From the NCBI GenBank assembly GCA_002269645.1, contig NIVC01001200.1, positions 62,001 to 126,000 of the forward strand: a stretch of 64,000 nt of DNA. Reading direction: 5' to 3'. The notes below the pieces were generated by a model. It worked only from the letters and a program-made list of their open reading frames with translations, was not told the origin of the DNA and ran no database searches. Position numbers and translations under genes: made by a program. How positions within the stretch are numbered: position 1 is the first letter of the stretch; each line of letters opens with the position of its first letter. Positions 12,401 to 24,313 of this stretch are shown here, one piece after another. Origin of the DNA: Macrostomum lignano. Its lineage: Eukaryota.

Positions 12401-15400
12401 CCACATCATCCGAGACCGCAAATCGGGGAGAGAACCAGCGTTCATTGAAATTGCCCGATTTGTGAAAGAGCAAAGAGCACTTTTTCTCCAGGTTGTATCC
12501 AGGATTTTTTTTGAGGCGTCAGCAACAGAGTCATAGGCATCTGGGGTGCCATTTCATATAAGCGCGCGGCGCTTTTTCCTTAGCGGCGCCATTCCAAATG
12601 AGTGGCGCCACTCACTGAGGGGTGCCATAAACTTTCTAGCGGTCTTTCTGCCCCTCCCTCCACCAGCCGCGCCCCTGCATCTCTACCTGAGTAGAGCAGT
12701 GTCCGTAGATCGACCCGGGCAACCCAGGTGTTCATGTTCGACCCGCCGCTTGCCTGACCGTGTCGGGCTCAGGCCTCGAGCTGCTAGGATTAGACAGGCG
12801 GCCTGGCAGTTTTTCCCGCGGAAATCCGCCTCTCTGAAGGCTGCCTGCTTGTCGCGAATCCCCAGTCAGATTATATTGGCCCAAACCGAACTTTGCGGCC
12901 GGTCTCCAACACGCCCTCGCCAGCTGCAGGAGGGCCCCTCTAATCTCTGTCCCCCGGATTAATAAAATGCGACCGGCGTCAGGTTCTTGAATTCCCCGGG
13001 GGGGGGGGGGGCAACGTCTCGCCGGACTGGCAGCTTGGCAAACAGATGCGGACCGGGGCATCCAGCGGCAGCCCCTCGCCTGCTCTTCGTTCTTTTTCAA
13101 TTCCGCCCGAAATTCTTGGCGCGCTCTCTTCTTTAACTGGCTCGGGTTGTTCGGGTCGCGTGAGGACTCGCTGCGGCTGCGGCTGCTGCTTGGGTTCTAC
13201 ACGTAGTTCCGGGGTGTTACGAGACTCAATTTAAGCCCAACATCAAGGATGTCGATTTGAGTCTTTTCTGTGGTGTCAAAAGCCACCTTCGGGTGTCCTG
13301 TTCGGATAGGCACCACTAGAATTGTGTCAGGATAGGCGTCACTAGACTTGTGTCAGGATAGGCGCTACTAGAGTCATGTCAGGATAGGCGCTACTAGAGT
13401 CATGTCAGGATAGGCGCTACTAGAGTCATGTCAGGATAGGCGCTACTAAAGTCATGTCAGCATAGGCGCCACTAGAGTCGTGTCAGGATAGGCGCCACTA
13501 GACTTGTGTCAGGATAGGCGCTACTAGAGTCATGTCAGGATAGGTGCTACTAGAGTCATGTCAGGATAGGCGCTACTAGAGTCATGTCAGGATAGGCGCT
13601 ACTAAAGTCGTCAGGATAGGCGCTACTAGAGTCATGTCAGGATAGGCGCTACTAAAGTCATGTCAGCATAGGCGCCACTAGAGTCGTGTCAGGATAGGCG
13701 CTACTAGACTTGCGTCAGGATAGGCGCCACTAGAGTTGTGTCAGGATAGGCGCCACTAGAATCCTTTCAGCATAGGCGCCGAGCGAACACCAATGGAAAC
13801 GAGCTCATGCTGGTTCCGAGTGCCACCATGCCGCGCCATGCGCGTCCCCTCGCTGCTGCTGGCAGCAAGGAGAAAACCGATGAGGCTGATAGATAGGCAG
13901 ACAGAGAGACGGAGGAGGCTGGAAGGCGCGCCGCCACTGGAGCGGAAAGCGCAGAGCTAACAAGGCGAGCGGGGCGGCCGCAGCGGAGACAACGGGAGAC
14001 GGGGGGGATGTGAATGGCAGGCCGCCCCGGGTGCCGCGGCTTTTTCAACGGAGCAGCCGGACCGTGAAGTATATTGGGGGGAGATTAGGCGGGGCTGCAC
14101 AGTCTGTCTGAAGAAAAATGATGCAGCTGTGCTGCTGGAAGGCGGTATTGGAAGGCGGCACGAGCCAAGCAAGTGCCTTGGGCAGCTGTGCGGTGACGCA
14201 CTGCAGAACTGGAGGCGATATTTCACTGCCACTGCGGATCTGACCGGCAGGTTCCTAAAGTTTGCAGCCAGTCTCCGGTCAGTCAAAGCTGTATAAGTTT
14301 CACAAATGTGGCTTATGATTATCAAATTTTACTTGTGAATGCCTTGAAATTCACCCGTCGGTTGGGAAGCACGAGAATTGACTGCCGATAATTTAGGTTA
14401 GAGTTTAGGTTTTAGGTTTAGGTTTGGTTTAGGATTAGGTTGGGTTGGGGCTAGGTGTAGCTTTGGGTTTGGGCTTAGGTTGGGTTGGGGTTAGGTGCAG
14501 ATTTGGGTTTGGGCTTAGGTTGGGTTGGGGCTAGGTGCAGCTTTGGGTTTGGGCTTAGGTTGGGTTGGGGCTAGGTGTAGCTTTGGGTTTGGGCTTAGGT
14601 TGGGTTGGGGTTAGGTGCAGATTTGGGTTTGGGCTTAGGTTGGGTTGGGGCTAGGTGCAGCTTTGGGTTTGGGCTTAGGTTGGGTTGGGGCTAGGTGTAG
14701 CTTTGGGTTTGGGCTTAGGTTGGGTTGGGGTTAGGTGCAGATTTGGGTTTGGGCTTAGGTTGGGTTGGGGTTAGGTGCAGCTTTGGGTTTGGGCTTAGGT
14801 TGGGTTGGGGTTAGGTGCAGCTTTGGGTTTGGGCTTAGGTTGGGTTGGGGTTAGGTGCAGCTTTGGGTTTGGGCTTAGGTTGGGTTGAGGTTTGATTCGG
14901 CAGTCGGAATGCTTGGCCTTTAAAAATCCTCACTCAACCCGGATGATAATCACGTGAGCGCCATCGACTTTAATGAGTCAGAGGGGATTTAAATAATCCC
15001 ATGCAGGCCTCGGTTCCCTGACGAAATCCTGCAGCTTTAGACAGAAAATCTCAGCAGCAGAGGAGGCTGGATTGCATGCTCTGCCGACTTTGCTTGTCCC
15101 CTTCCCTCATCACCCATCTGCTTTGGAAAATTTTCCTCATTTTTATTGCCAAATTGGCATTCTTGTCTGAATGGTCAGGAAAAAATCTCAGGCTAAAATT
15201 CAGCTGCCTATCAAAACCCTCATTCGCTATTTCAGCGCTGATCAACGGGTCCATCGTTTTGATTAACAAGCCCTCCATTTTCTGCTGCTCGGCCAGAATC
15301 GATCCGATGTCCATGCCCTGCGAGCTGCAGCAGTTCCAGGTGGGTGTGGGGTGGGTGAAGCGGGCTGGCTGCAGGGTTGGGGTGTGTGTGGAGCGGGCTG

Positions 15401-18400
15401 ACTGCGGAGTGGGGTGGGTGTAAAGTGGGGTGTGTGTGGAGCGGGCTGACTGCGGAGTGGGGTGGGTGTAAAGTGGGGTGTGTGTGGAGCGGGCTGACTG
15501 CGGAGTGGGGTGGGTGTAAAGTGGGGTGTGTGTGGAGTGGGGTGGCTGCGGAGTGGGGTGTGTGTGGAGCGGGGTGGCTGCAAGGTGGGGTGTGTGTGAA
15601 GTGGGGTGGCTGCAAGGTGGGGTGTGTGTGAAGTGGGGTGGCTGCAAGGTGGGGTGTGTGTGAAGTGGGGTGGCTGCAGAGTGGGGTATGTGTGAAGTGG
15701 GGTGTGTGTGGAGCGGGGTGGCTGCAGAGTGGGTTGTGTGTGAAGTGGGGTGTGTGTGAAGTGGGGTGACTGCAAGGTGGGGTGTGTGTGGAGCGGGGTG
15801 CCTGCAGAGTGGGGTGTGTGTGAAGTGGGGTGTGTGTGGAGCGGGGTGGCTGCAGAGTGGGGTGTGTGTGGAGCGGGGTGGCTGCAGAGTGGGGTGTGTG
15901 TGAAGTGGGGTGTGTGTGGAACGGGGTGGCTGCAGAGTGGGGTGTGTGTGTGAAGTGGGGTGTGTGTGGAGCGGGGTGGCTGCAGAGTGGGTGTGTGTGA
16001 AGTGGGGTGTGTGTGTGGAGCGGGGTGGCTGCAAAGTAGGGTATGTGGAGTGGGGTGGCTGAGGAGTGGGGTGGATGCGCATTGGGGTGGGTGCCGAGGG
16101 GGATGGGTGCGGAGTGGGGTGGAGTGGGGTGGCTGAGGAGTGGGGTGGATGCGCATTGGGGTGGGTGTAGAATGGGATAATAGCTTCATCATCAACATCT
16201 AACTCCTGCGACGCAGGTGTCTCACAGCGAATATTGCGAAGTTGTCGACCTGCTCCGGCGGGACCCGAAGGTGCGCTGCGCCACCCTGCTGTTCAACCGG
16301 TTGTTCCAGTACGGGCTGCTGATCTGCCTGAGCCTCCTGGTGTGGACAGCCGGCACCCTGGGCTGGCGGTACAGTAAGCGCACAGCCGGGATCCACTTTA
16401 TTGGCTTCGGCAGGTTTCCAGCTAAAAGCAATAAATTTTAGCTAATGAGGCGGGCCGGGCCAGAAAGGAGGCCGCGAATTCAGTTTTAAAAAAACTGAAA
16501 AATCAGGCTGCAATTTTATGGCTGCTGGAGTTTTGATAATTTACAATTGGAACGTCGCAGAGTTGCGCCTCCCGCTCGCGAGGGCCAGTAAAGTGCCTCC
16601 AGTCGCGAGAGTGGAAATCCTCAGATCCTCACACTCCCAGATCACCACCGTCCCAGATCACCACCCTCTCAGATCCCAAGCGTCATCCCTACCAGGTCCC
16701 CAGACTTCATCCCTCCGATGTCTCGGCTCCCGCAGGCGGCCACCGCTCGGATCTGGGCATCGGGATGTTCTTCATGATCGCCTGGTTCTTCTTCATCGCC
16801 GGGCTGCTCACTTGGAAGCTGCTGAGAGCGCGGGTGAGTCGCGAGCTTTCAGATTTTCAATTATCCCTAATGGGGATTGCTAACAGTTTAACTCACTGAC
16901 CAACTGACTCACCTATATGCTTGACCCACTGATTGATTGACCCACTGACTAACTGACCCACAGACTAACTGACCCACAGACTAACTGACCCACAGACTAA
17001 CTGACCCACAGACTAACTGACCCACAGATTAACTGACCCACAGACTAACTGACCCACAGACTAACTGACCCACAGACAAACTGACCCACAGACTAACTGA
17101 CCCACAGACTAACTGACCCACAGACAAACTGACCCACAGACTAACTGACCCACAGACAAACTGACCCACAGACTAACTGACCCACAGACAAACTGACCCA
17201 CAGACTAACTGACCCACAGACTAACTGACCCACAGACTAACTGACCCACAGACAAACTGACCCACAGACTAACTGACCCACAGACAAACTGACCCACAGA
17301 CTAACTGACCCACAGACTAACAGATCCACCGCCAGACTGCGCTGCCCTCTCGTCGCCTCAGACTACGCAAGAAAGTTTAAAGGCAATTTTACAAATGAAA
17401 AATATCCTCCTCAAACCTCGCGCCTCAGCCGTCAGTTTCAATTTTTCAGTCAGCGAGAGAACTAACAATAAAAAGTGTCAAAAACATTTCTTATCGAGGT
17501 CTCGGGTCTGTGAGCCTCAGGCAGCGGAAACCCGCCTTTCATCCCCATGCTGTCTTCATCATTCAAGGCTCTGTAAGGTTATAGATTCTCGCCAGTCTCG
17601 ATCAATTTTATCCCCAGCCAGAGTATCGCACAGCTGCGCCCCCCTCCCAAATTAAAGCAGAGCTGAGAGCAGCTGATTCCAGCCTGACTCTCCCGCCCTG
17701 CAGATCTGCTTTTAGAATTCGATCGCCAAGATAACTCCTGAAATTGCCTTCAAAAACTCTTTTTTAACTGTTGCTCCAGTTCAGTCCAGTTGCTCCAAGC
17801 ATTTTCATTTCCGGACTGAAACCTGCTCATTCCATCACCCATTGCATCACCCATTCCATCATCGATTCAATCACCCATTGCATCACCCATTGCATCACCC
17901 ATTGCATCACCCATTCCATCATCGATTCAATCACCCATTGCATCACCCATTGCATCACCCATTGCATCACCCATTGCATCACCCATTCCATCACCCATTG
18001 CATCACCCATTCCATCACCCATTCCATCACCCATTGCATCACCCATTGCATCACCCATTCCATCACCCATTCCATCACCCATTCCACTCATTGCAGATGT
18101 CCAGTCACTCCAGGCGGCTCAACGTTCACGTGAACAGGCTGTTGCTAAGGAGAAAAATCTTGCTTACTGTTCTTGACTACGAGTACCTCACCTGCTCTTG
18201 CGATATCCTCACCGTATCCTTTGTGCGCTATGAGATGATTTAGTCATTGAGATCTAATGATGAATATCTAATTATAGAAATGGTAACAATATAATCAGGG
18301 AGATCTAATCATAGAGAATCGCATAGATCTAATCATAGAGAATCGCGGAGATCTAATCATAGAGAATCGCGGATATCTAATCATAGAGAATCGCGGAGAT

Positions 18401-21400
18401 TTAATCATAGAGAATCGCGGAGATCTAATCATAGAGATTCGCATAGATCTAATCATAGAGAATCGCGGAGATCTAATCATAGAGAATCGCGGAGTTCGAA
18501 TCATAGAGAATCGCGGAGATCTAATCATAGAGATTCGCATAGATCTAATCATAGAGAATCGCGGAGATCTAATCATAGAGAATCGCGGAGATCTAATCAT
18601 AGAGAATCGCGGAGATCTAATCATAGAGAATCGCATAGATCTAATCATAGAGAATCGCTGAGATCTAATCATAGAGAATCGCGGAGATCTAATCATAGAG
18701 AATCGCATAGATCTAATCATAGAGAATCGCTGAGATCTAATCATAGAGAATCGCGGAGATCTAATCATAGAGCATCGCATAGATCTAATCATAGAGAATC
18801 GCGGAGATCTAATCATAGAGAATCGCATAGATCTAATCATAGAGCATCGCGGAGTCCCAGCTCATCTCGCTACCAATCTCGGTGTCTGACTCTCCCAGAT
18901 AACTCATCAGCACCTTCCCAGCCCCGTGTTCAGCCCCAGCTTCCTGGTGCCACACCCTCCGCTCTAATCCGCTCGCTCTTAAACGATTTCCCGGCACCCA
19001 GAAAATTCCCCACAGCTGCTAAATGGAAAGTAGAAAAAGGGAGGCGAGAGGGGAAGCTGGTGGAGATTGATGGGGGAAGTGGCGAGAGAGTCGAGAAGGG
19101 TTGCTAAAAGGCTCGAGGTGCTCAGAGCTGCCGGAGCAGATGAGTGAAGGGCCTGCGTGCTGCCTCTGAGCATAATGGACTGGTCAGGGAAAGTGCTCAG
19201 CTGGAGCCTCCGGGAGCTGCAGATCAGGTTGGCTGATTATGCGGTGGGGAAAACTAGCTCATAGTATGGGGAAGAAATTCTACCACAAGGAATCAGATGA
19301 TCCTAATGAAACCATTGCCACTGGTTTTCCTTGACAACAAGAAAATTTTAAAAAACCCGAAAAGGTGGCATTGCTCTACTTCGACCCGGAGCCCTGCTTG
19401 GTGAGCTTGCTTGGTCTGTGCGCTTACTGTTTTCCTGCGAATGATATTTTACCTGCAACAGAAATCCTAAAAATGATCCCATCGCTAAAATTCCCGCCGG
19501 TCCAGTCCCACATGACGCGAATGTTTGACAAGCCCGAGCTGCTGGCCAAGGCGCGCTTCTCCAGGAAGGTGAGCTGGGATCGCAGCTGGGATTTAAGTTG
19601 GGATCTAATCCCCTTCGACTCCCGCAGCTGGGATCGCAGTTGGGATCGAATCCCCTTCGACTCCCGCAGCTGGGATCGCAGTTGGGATCGAATCCCCTTC
19701 GAGTCCTGCACTTGGGATCGAATCCCCTTCGAGTCCCGCAGTTGGGATCGATATCCCTTTCGAGTCCCGCAGTTGGGATCAAATCCCCTTCGAGTCCCGC
19801 AGTGTTCGCGGCCAGATCCCACTCCAGAGTCCCAATTCAAAATCGAACCCCGTCCGCAGCTCACGCGAATAATCGATCAGATTCGTCGATCTGCGATGAC
19901 CTCAAATGACCCCAGCGCGGCGGTGCTGCTCGGTCCTGAGACGCAACAGCCGACACAGCTGCCTCCGCCGACTCAGCAGCAGCAGGCGGCAGCTCAGGAA
20001 TCGGCAGCTGCCGAAGATGCAGTCGGACTGCACCGACTGCCTGCGGCGCAGAAAAAGGTGAGAGGGATGGGGTGAGGGAGAATGGAAAGGGTGAGAGATA
20101 GGGTGAGACAGAATGGAAAGGGTGAGAGATGGGGTGAGACAGAATGGAAAGGGTGAGAGATAGGGTGAGACAGAAGGGAGAGGGTAAGAGATAGGGTGAG
20201 ACAGAATTGAAAGGGTGAGAGATGGGGCGAGACAGAATGGAAAGGGTGAGAGATGGGGTGAGACAGAATGGAAAGGGTGAGAGATAGGGTGAGACAGAAT
20301 GGAAAGGGTGAGAGATAGGGTGAGACAGAAGGGAGAGGGTAAGAGATAGGGTGAGACAGAAGAGAGAGGGTAAGAGATAGGGTGAGACAGAAGGGAAAGG
20401 GTAAGAGATAGGGTGAGAGATGGGGTGAGACAGAATGGAAAGGGTGAGAGATAGGGTGAGACAGAAGGGAGAGGGTAAGAGATAGGGTGAGACAGAAGGG
20501 AGAGGGTAAGAGATGGGGTGAGACAGAAGGGAGAGGGTAAGAGATAGGGTGAGACAGAAGGGAGAGGGTAAGAGATTGGATGAGACAGAAGGTAGAGGGT
20601 AAGAGATGGGGTGAGACAGAAGGTAGAGGGTAAGAGATAGGGTGAGACAGAAGAGAGAGGGTAAGAGATAGGGTGAGACAGAAGGGAGAGGGTAAGAGAT
20701 GGGGTGAGACAGAAGGGAGAGGGTGAGAGATGGGGTGAGACAGAAGGGAGAGGGTAAGAGATGGGGTGAGACAGAAGGGAGAGGGTAAGAGATAGGGTGA
20801 GACAGAAGGGTAGGGTGAGAAGTGGAGAAGATTCGCTGACAGCAGTCATTTAGGCAGACAAGTGCTGAGGGGGCGGAGCGGGCAGGGCGCAGGCTGCAGG
20901 ACACGACAGCAGCAGGGATCAGCCATGAGGCCACTCGGGCTCACAGACCACCCGAGTCGGCATGTTAATCCTATTGCGGATCAATAATCCCACATCAAAG
21001 CAGCTCAATTCCCCCGTACGAATGAGGAAGCCGGGCAGCCCATCAATCGCGGCAGTTGTGGATCAAAGAGCAAAAAATGAAGTTTCTGAGCAGAAGGTCA
21101 AAGGCTGAGTCTCGTCAGGAAATTCGGATGCGAAAACACGCGCAGCAGCAGCAGCTCGGCTGATGAAGCACCGAGCAGGTCGAGCGAAGCTCACGCGATG
21201 CCGGGCCCAGCCTCACCCAGCTCGGGGGGGAGGCGGCTTCCCAATAAACTCTCCAGCTTTCGGTCTCTGGGCGAGTGTTAATTTCCCCGAGTAGAGGCTG
21301 GGAGCTGCCGGTCAGCGAGAGTCAAGGAGGCTTTGAGCTAGGATGAGGCGGGAGCGGCCGAGTGTTTATTTTCCCCTGCAGTTCTCTCGGCTTTTTCCGG

Positions 21401-22641
21401 GATCCCCGCTGATATACAGAAGCTTTCAATTATTTTGATCCCTGATTCTAAATAAAAATCGTTTCTGCGTCAAAACTTTCCATGTCAATAAAACTGTTGC
21501 TCATAGCTTTCTGCTTTGAATGCAATGAGCCTCTGCTCAGGTACACCGAATTAACTTCTTAGTTTATAAGAATCGATTCAATCATAAAGAAGTTATGATA
21601 GATTAAACTACTTGAAGGCTCCAGAGTAGAGTTGGCAATCCAGATTCCTGGTTCCAGTTCTCCTTGGCGGAATACGCTAGCTCAGTTCTGCTCCGCGCAG
21701 CCCAGCCAATTCATTCATCTGGGACGCACTTTTTCCTTTTTCTCGATGATGAGCGGTGGGTGAGGGTTGGCGCGGGCAGTAAAGGGGAAGAGGATCCTGG
21801 AGGCTTTGGTGGGGAGATTTACCCCTCCTTGATGCCGATATCTATTTTTCCCGCCTCTCGCAGCCGGCAGGGCCTCGCGCTGATCCGCTCGGATCCCACG
21901 GCGGAAAAGAGATCTGAGCTGACAGGTTGAAAGGCCCAGGGCAGCTGGGGTAGGCGGTGGGGCTCAGTTCGTTGCGAGGTTTAGAGAATCCAAACTCTAG
22001 ATGATGAGCATCTTGTTGCACCTAGAATACCATGGCCTCTTACAGTTCATTGTTCTAATGTCGATTAAGGCCTATGAGCTACAATACTTATTTGGATACA
22101 TATCGGCAATCAGTTTATGCAAAAAACGTACAAAAATATCTAGAAGCTATAGTTGGTGTCCTACTTTTGCTAAAAATAGAATCCTATGCTGGGAATCCCC
22201 CAGGCCTTAGCCAAGTTCCTGCTCCTCAGCTCCTGCTATAGACTTCTACTGATGCTAAAAATAGAATCCTATACCGGGAATCTCGCAGGCTTTTGCCAAG
22301 TTCCTGCTCCTCAGCTCCTGCTATAGGCTTCTACTGATGCTAAAAATAGGATCCTATACTGGGAATCCTTCAGGCCTTAGCCAAGTTCCTGCTCCTCAGC
22401 TCCTGTTATAGACTTCTACTGATGCTAAAAATAGAATACTATACCGGGAATCCCGCAGGCCCTGGCCAAGTTCCTGTTCCTGAGCTACAGCTCGCAGTAC
22501 TGCAACTGGCTGCTGAGGCACAAGCTGCCGAAGCCGAGGGTGCAGCGCCACACCCAGACCAACATTCCCTGCGTGTGCCAGCTGGCTGAGACAATTAACT
22601 TTGGTCAGGAGTGCCTGATTAACGGCGATAATGCTGTCTGA
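9457..22641 (+). CDS. TMEM268-like membrane protein; exons 9457-9739, 15236-15339, 16217-16373, 16736-16833, 18097-18213, 19365-19400, 19506-19568, 19860-20057, 22459-22641; about 412 aa
   Basis: Phases match across all junctions (1239 nt); two hydrophobic helices (YGLLICLSLLVW, MFFMIAWFFFIAGLLTW); motifs LINGSIV, DPKVR, NRLLLRRKILL, YFDPEPC and C-terminal RHTQTNIPCVCQLAE resemble TMEM268 as recalled from memory (not database-checked). The 18213/19365 junction has weak splice sites and is uncertain. Confidence 0.72.
9795..10390. repeat. 31/32 bp minisatellite (GCCATCCTGCACAGCGGGGGTTGAGGGCTGA)
   Basis: About 19 tandem copies of two interleaved variants. Confidence 0.95.
11018..12415. repeat. 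15/19 bp composite minisatellite (CCGAGGCCACATCAT / CCGAGGCACAGCACATCAT)
   Basis: About 1.4 kb array; accounts for the His/Pro-rich ORFs in the track. Confidence 0.95.
13310..13785. repeat. 26 bp minisatellite (TGTCAGGATAGGCGCTACTAGAGTCA)
   Basis: About 18 tandem copies. Confidence 0.9.
14395..14890. repeat. 40 bp telomere-like (TTAGG/TTGGG-rich) tandem array
   Basis: About 11 copies of TTAGGTGCAGCTTTGGGTTTGGGCTTAGGTTGGGTTGGGG. Confidence 0.9.
15340..16170. repeat. G-rich GTGGGGTGTGTGTG-type repeat filling an intron
   Basis: Dense GGGG tracts from the donor at 15340 to near the acceptor. Confidence 0.9.
16930..17323. repeat. 16 bp minisatellite (ACTAACTGACCCACAG)
   Basis: About 24 tandem copies. 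Confidence 0.95.
17828..18088. repeat. 12 bp minisatellite (CATCACCCATTG/C)
   Basis: Tandem copies ending just before the acceptor at 18096. Confidence 0.9.
18295..18850. repeat. 24 bp minisatellite (AGATCTAATCATAGAGAATCGCGG)
   Basis: About 23 tandem copies. Confidence 0.95.
19572..19800. repeat. 30/12 bp self-complementary minisatellite (GGGATCGAATCCCCTTCGAGTCCCGCAGTT)
   Basis: Tandem copies in a short intron. Confidence 0.85.
20058..20820. repeat. 31 bp purine-rich minisatellite (GGGTGAGACAGAAGGGAGAGGGTAAGAGATA)
   Basis: About 24 copies starting at the splice donor. Confidence 0.95.
22165..22500. repeat. 85 bp tandem repeat spanning an intron/exon boundary
   Basis: CAG|GC acceptors recur with exon-side starts at 22204, 22289, 22374, 22459. 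Confidence 0.9.
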
Positions 22642-22854
22642 CCTGAGCCTGACAGCCAGAGTACCTGGCATTCTGTTCTGATCAAAGCTATCAGCGCATT
22701 TTTGTGAAGTATTGTGCTTGCATTATATTTTCCGTTAGATAACATTGCTTACTAACAAGTAGTATGGCAAAGAATTTAAAATAAATTTTGCTTTGTGATT
22801 GCAGAAAATTTCAAGAATTTCAAATTTAAAGGCAATTGTAAAACCTATAGTTTA

Positions 22855-23625
22855 GGTGTGCTCATCAGGTGTGCTTATCACTCATCAGATATGCTCACCA
22901 GGTGTGCTCATCACTCATCAGATATGCTCATCAGGTGTGCTCATCAGTCATCAGATATGCTCACCAGGTGTGCTCATCACTCATCAGATATTCTCATCAG
23001 GTGTGTTCATCAGTCATCAGATATGCTCATCAGGTGTGTTCATCAGTCATCAGATATGCTCATCAGGTGTGCTCATCAGTCATCAGATATTCTCATCAGG
23101 TGTGCTCATCAGTCATCAGATATGCTCATCAGGTGTGCTCATCAGTCATCAGATATTCTCATCAGGTGTGCTCAGCAGTCATCAGATATTCTCATCAGGT
23201 GTGCAACGACAACTTAAGTAGACGGACGCAACACTCGAAGTCTATGGTAAATGTTTTGAAGGCAACTTTTCGCCGAAAAATACACTACAGAGATAGGAGG
23301 TTTTCATTTTTTCAGCACAAAAATTGTTATTGCTTTGGATAGGAGGCAGATCCAGTGTTCATCTTTTGATATGTTGTGCCTTTCTTATTGCTCTATCGAT
23401 ATTCATAAAGCTTTTCGTTCAGAAATAGTTTACTTGAGTAGTCCTTGCAGGTGTGCTCACCAGGTGTGCTCACCAGGTGTGCTCATCAGGTGTTGCTCAT
23501 TAGGTGTTGCTCATCAGGTGTTGCTCATCAGGTGTGCTCATCAGGTGTTGCTCATCAGGTGTGCTCATCAGGTGTGCTCATCAGGTGTTGCTCATCAGGT
23601 GTGCTCATCATGTGTGCTCACCAGT
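22855..23625. repeat. 33 bp (22855-23205) and 13-14 bp (23445-23625) TGCTCATCAGG-based minisatellites
   Basis: Two related arrays seen directly. Confidence 0.9.
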
Positions 23626-24313
23626 GCGTTCTATTTATTTTCAAGTAAAACTCATGTAAACTGAAGTCCTTTTATTGCTGCTCTAGCTGTCTTACTCATT
23701 ACTCAAATCATTCATAAATAAATAACACACAGCAGTGACGCAGCTGAACTGAAAACAAGTCGATAAATTTAAACTTGAAAAACTCTTTCACTCACTGAGC
23801 TCGCGGTGCCAGCAGTTGGTTCGCAGCCCTAAACTAATCGGGCCGCAGTGAGAGCTCAGCAGGAGTTCAGAGCACTTCTGAGTCTGTACTGCAGATACCG
23901 CCGTACTACTGGCTGTTTGGCTGACTCCGACGTTCGCTTCTGCGCTTCTAGAAGAGTAGGGAGGGTGGGAGAGCGGCTTATCCGGCACGGCAGCAACCGG
24001 TAGTGCTGTCGCTGCGGGGCAGAAGAGCAGGCAGGCAAAGCAGAGCCGGGGGCAGAAAGTACTCGGGACTCAGAGAAGGTCGCAGTGGCCTATTCGATCC
24101 GAGCGCAAGTCCGAAGGCTGATATGGTTAGAGAGGCCTGGTAGGCCGCAGATAGGGCAGTGGGGAGTTGCCTCTCAGGTTGGCTCAGACGCCAGAAAAAA
24201 AGCAAAATTCAACCAGTCGGGCAAAGCAAAAAAGCTGCTCCCAAAGCAGGTGAGTCAGAGCAGAAGAGACAGAGGGACGCAGAGGCAGCTCCGGCTCTGA
24301 GCCCCTCCCGGAC

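Noticed and set aside
10983-12536. 517-aa and 291-aa His/Pro/Ser-rich ORFs
   Set aside because: By-products of a stop-free 15/19-bp array inside an intron.
21150-21230. Hammerhead ribozyme candidate (CTGATGA)
   Set aside because: No GAAA core or correct three-stem pairing; same for CTGATGA near 54827 and 58660.
24159-24249. MGSCLS...RRQKKSK myristoylation-like N-terminus for the kinase
   Set aside because: Start codon is GTG and would need an ATG split by an intron; no convincing phase-compatible acceptor joins it to 24314.
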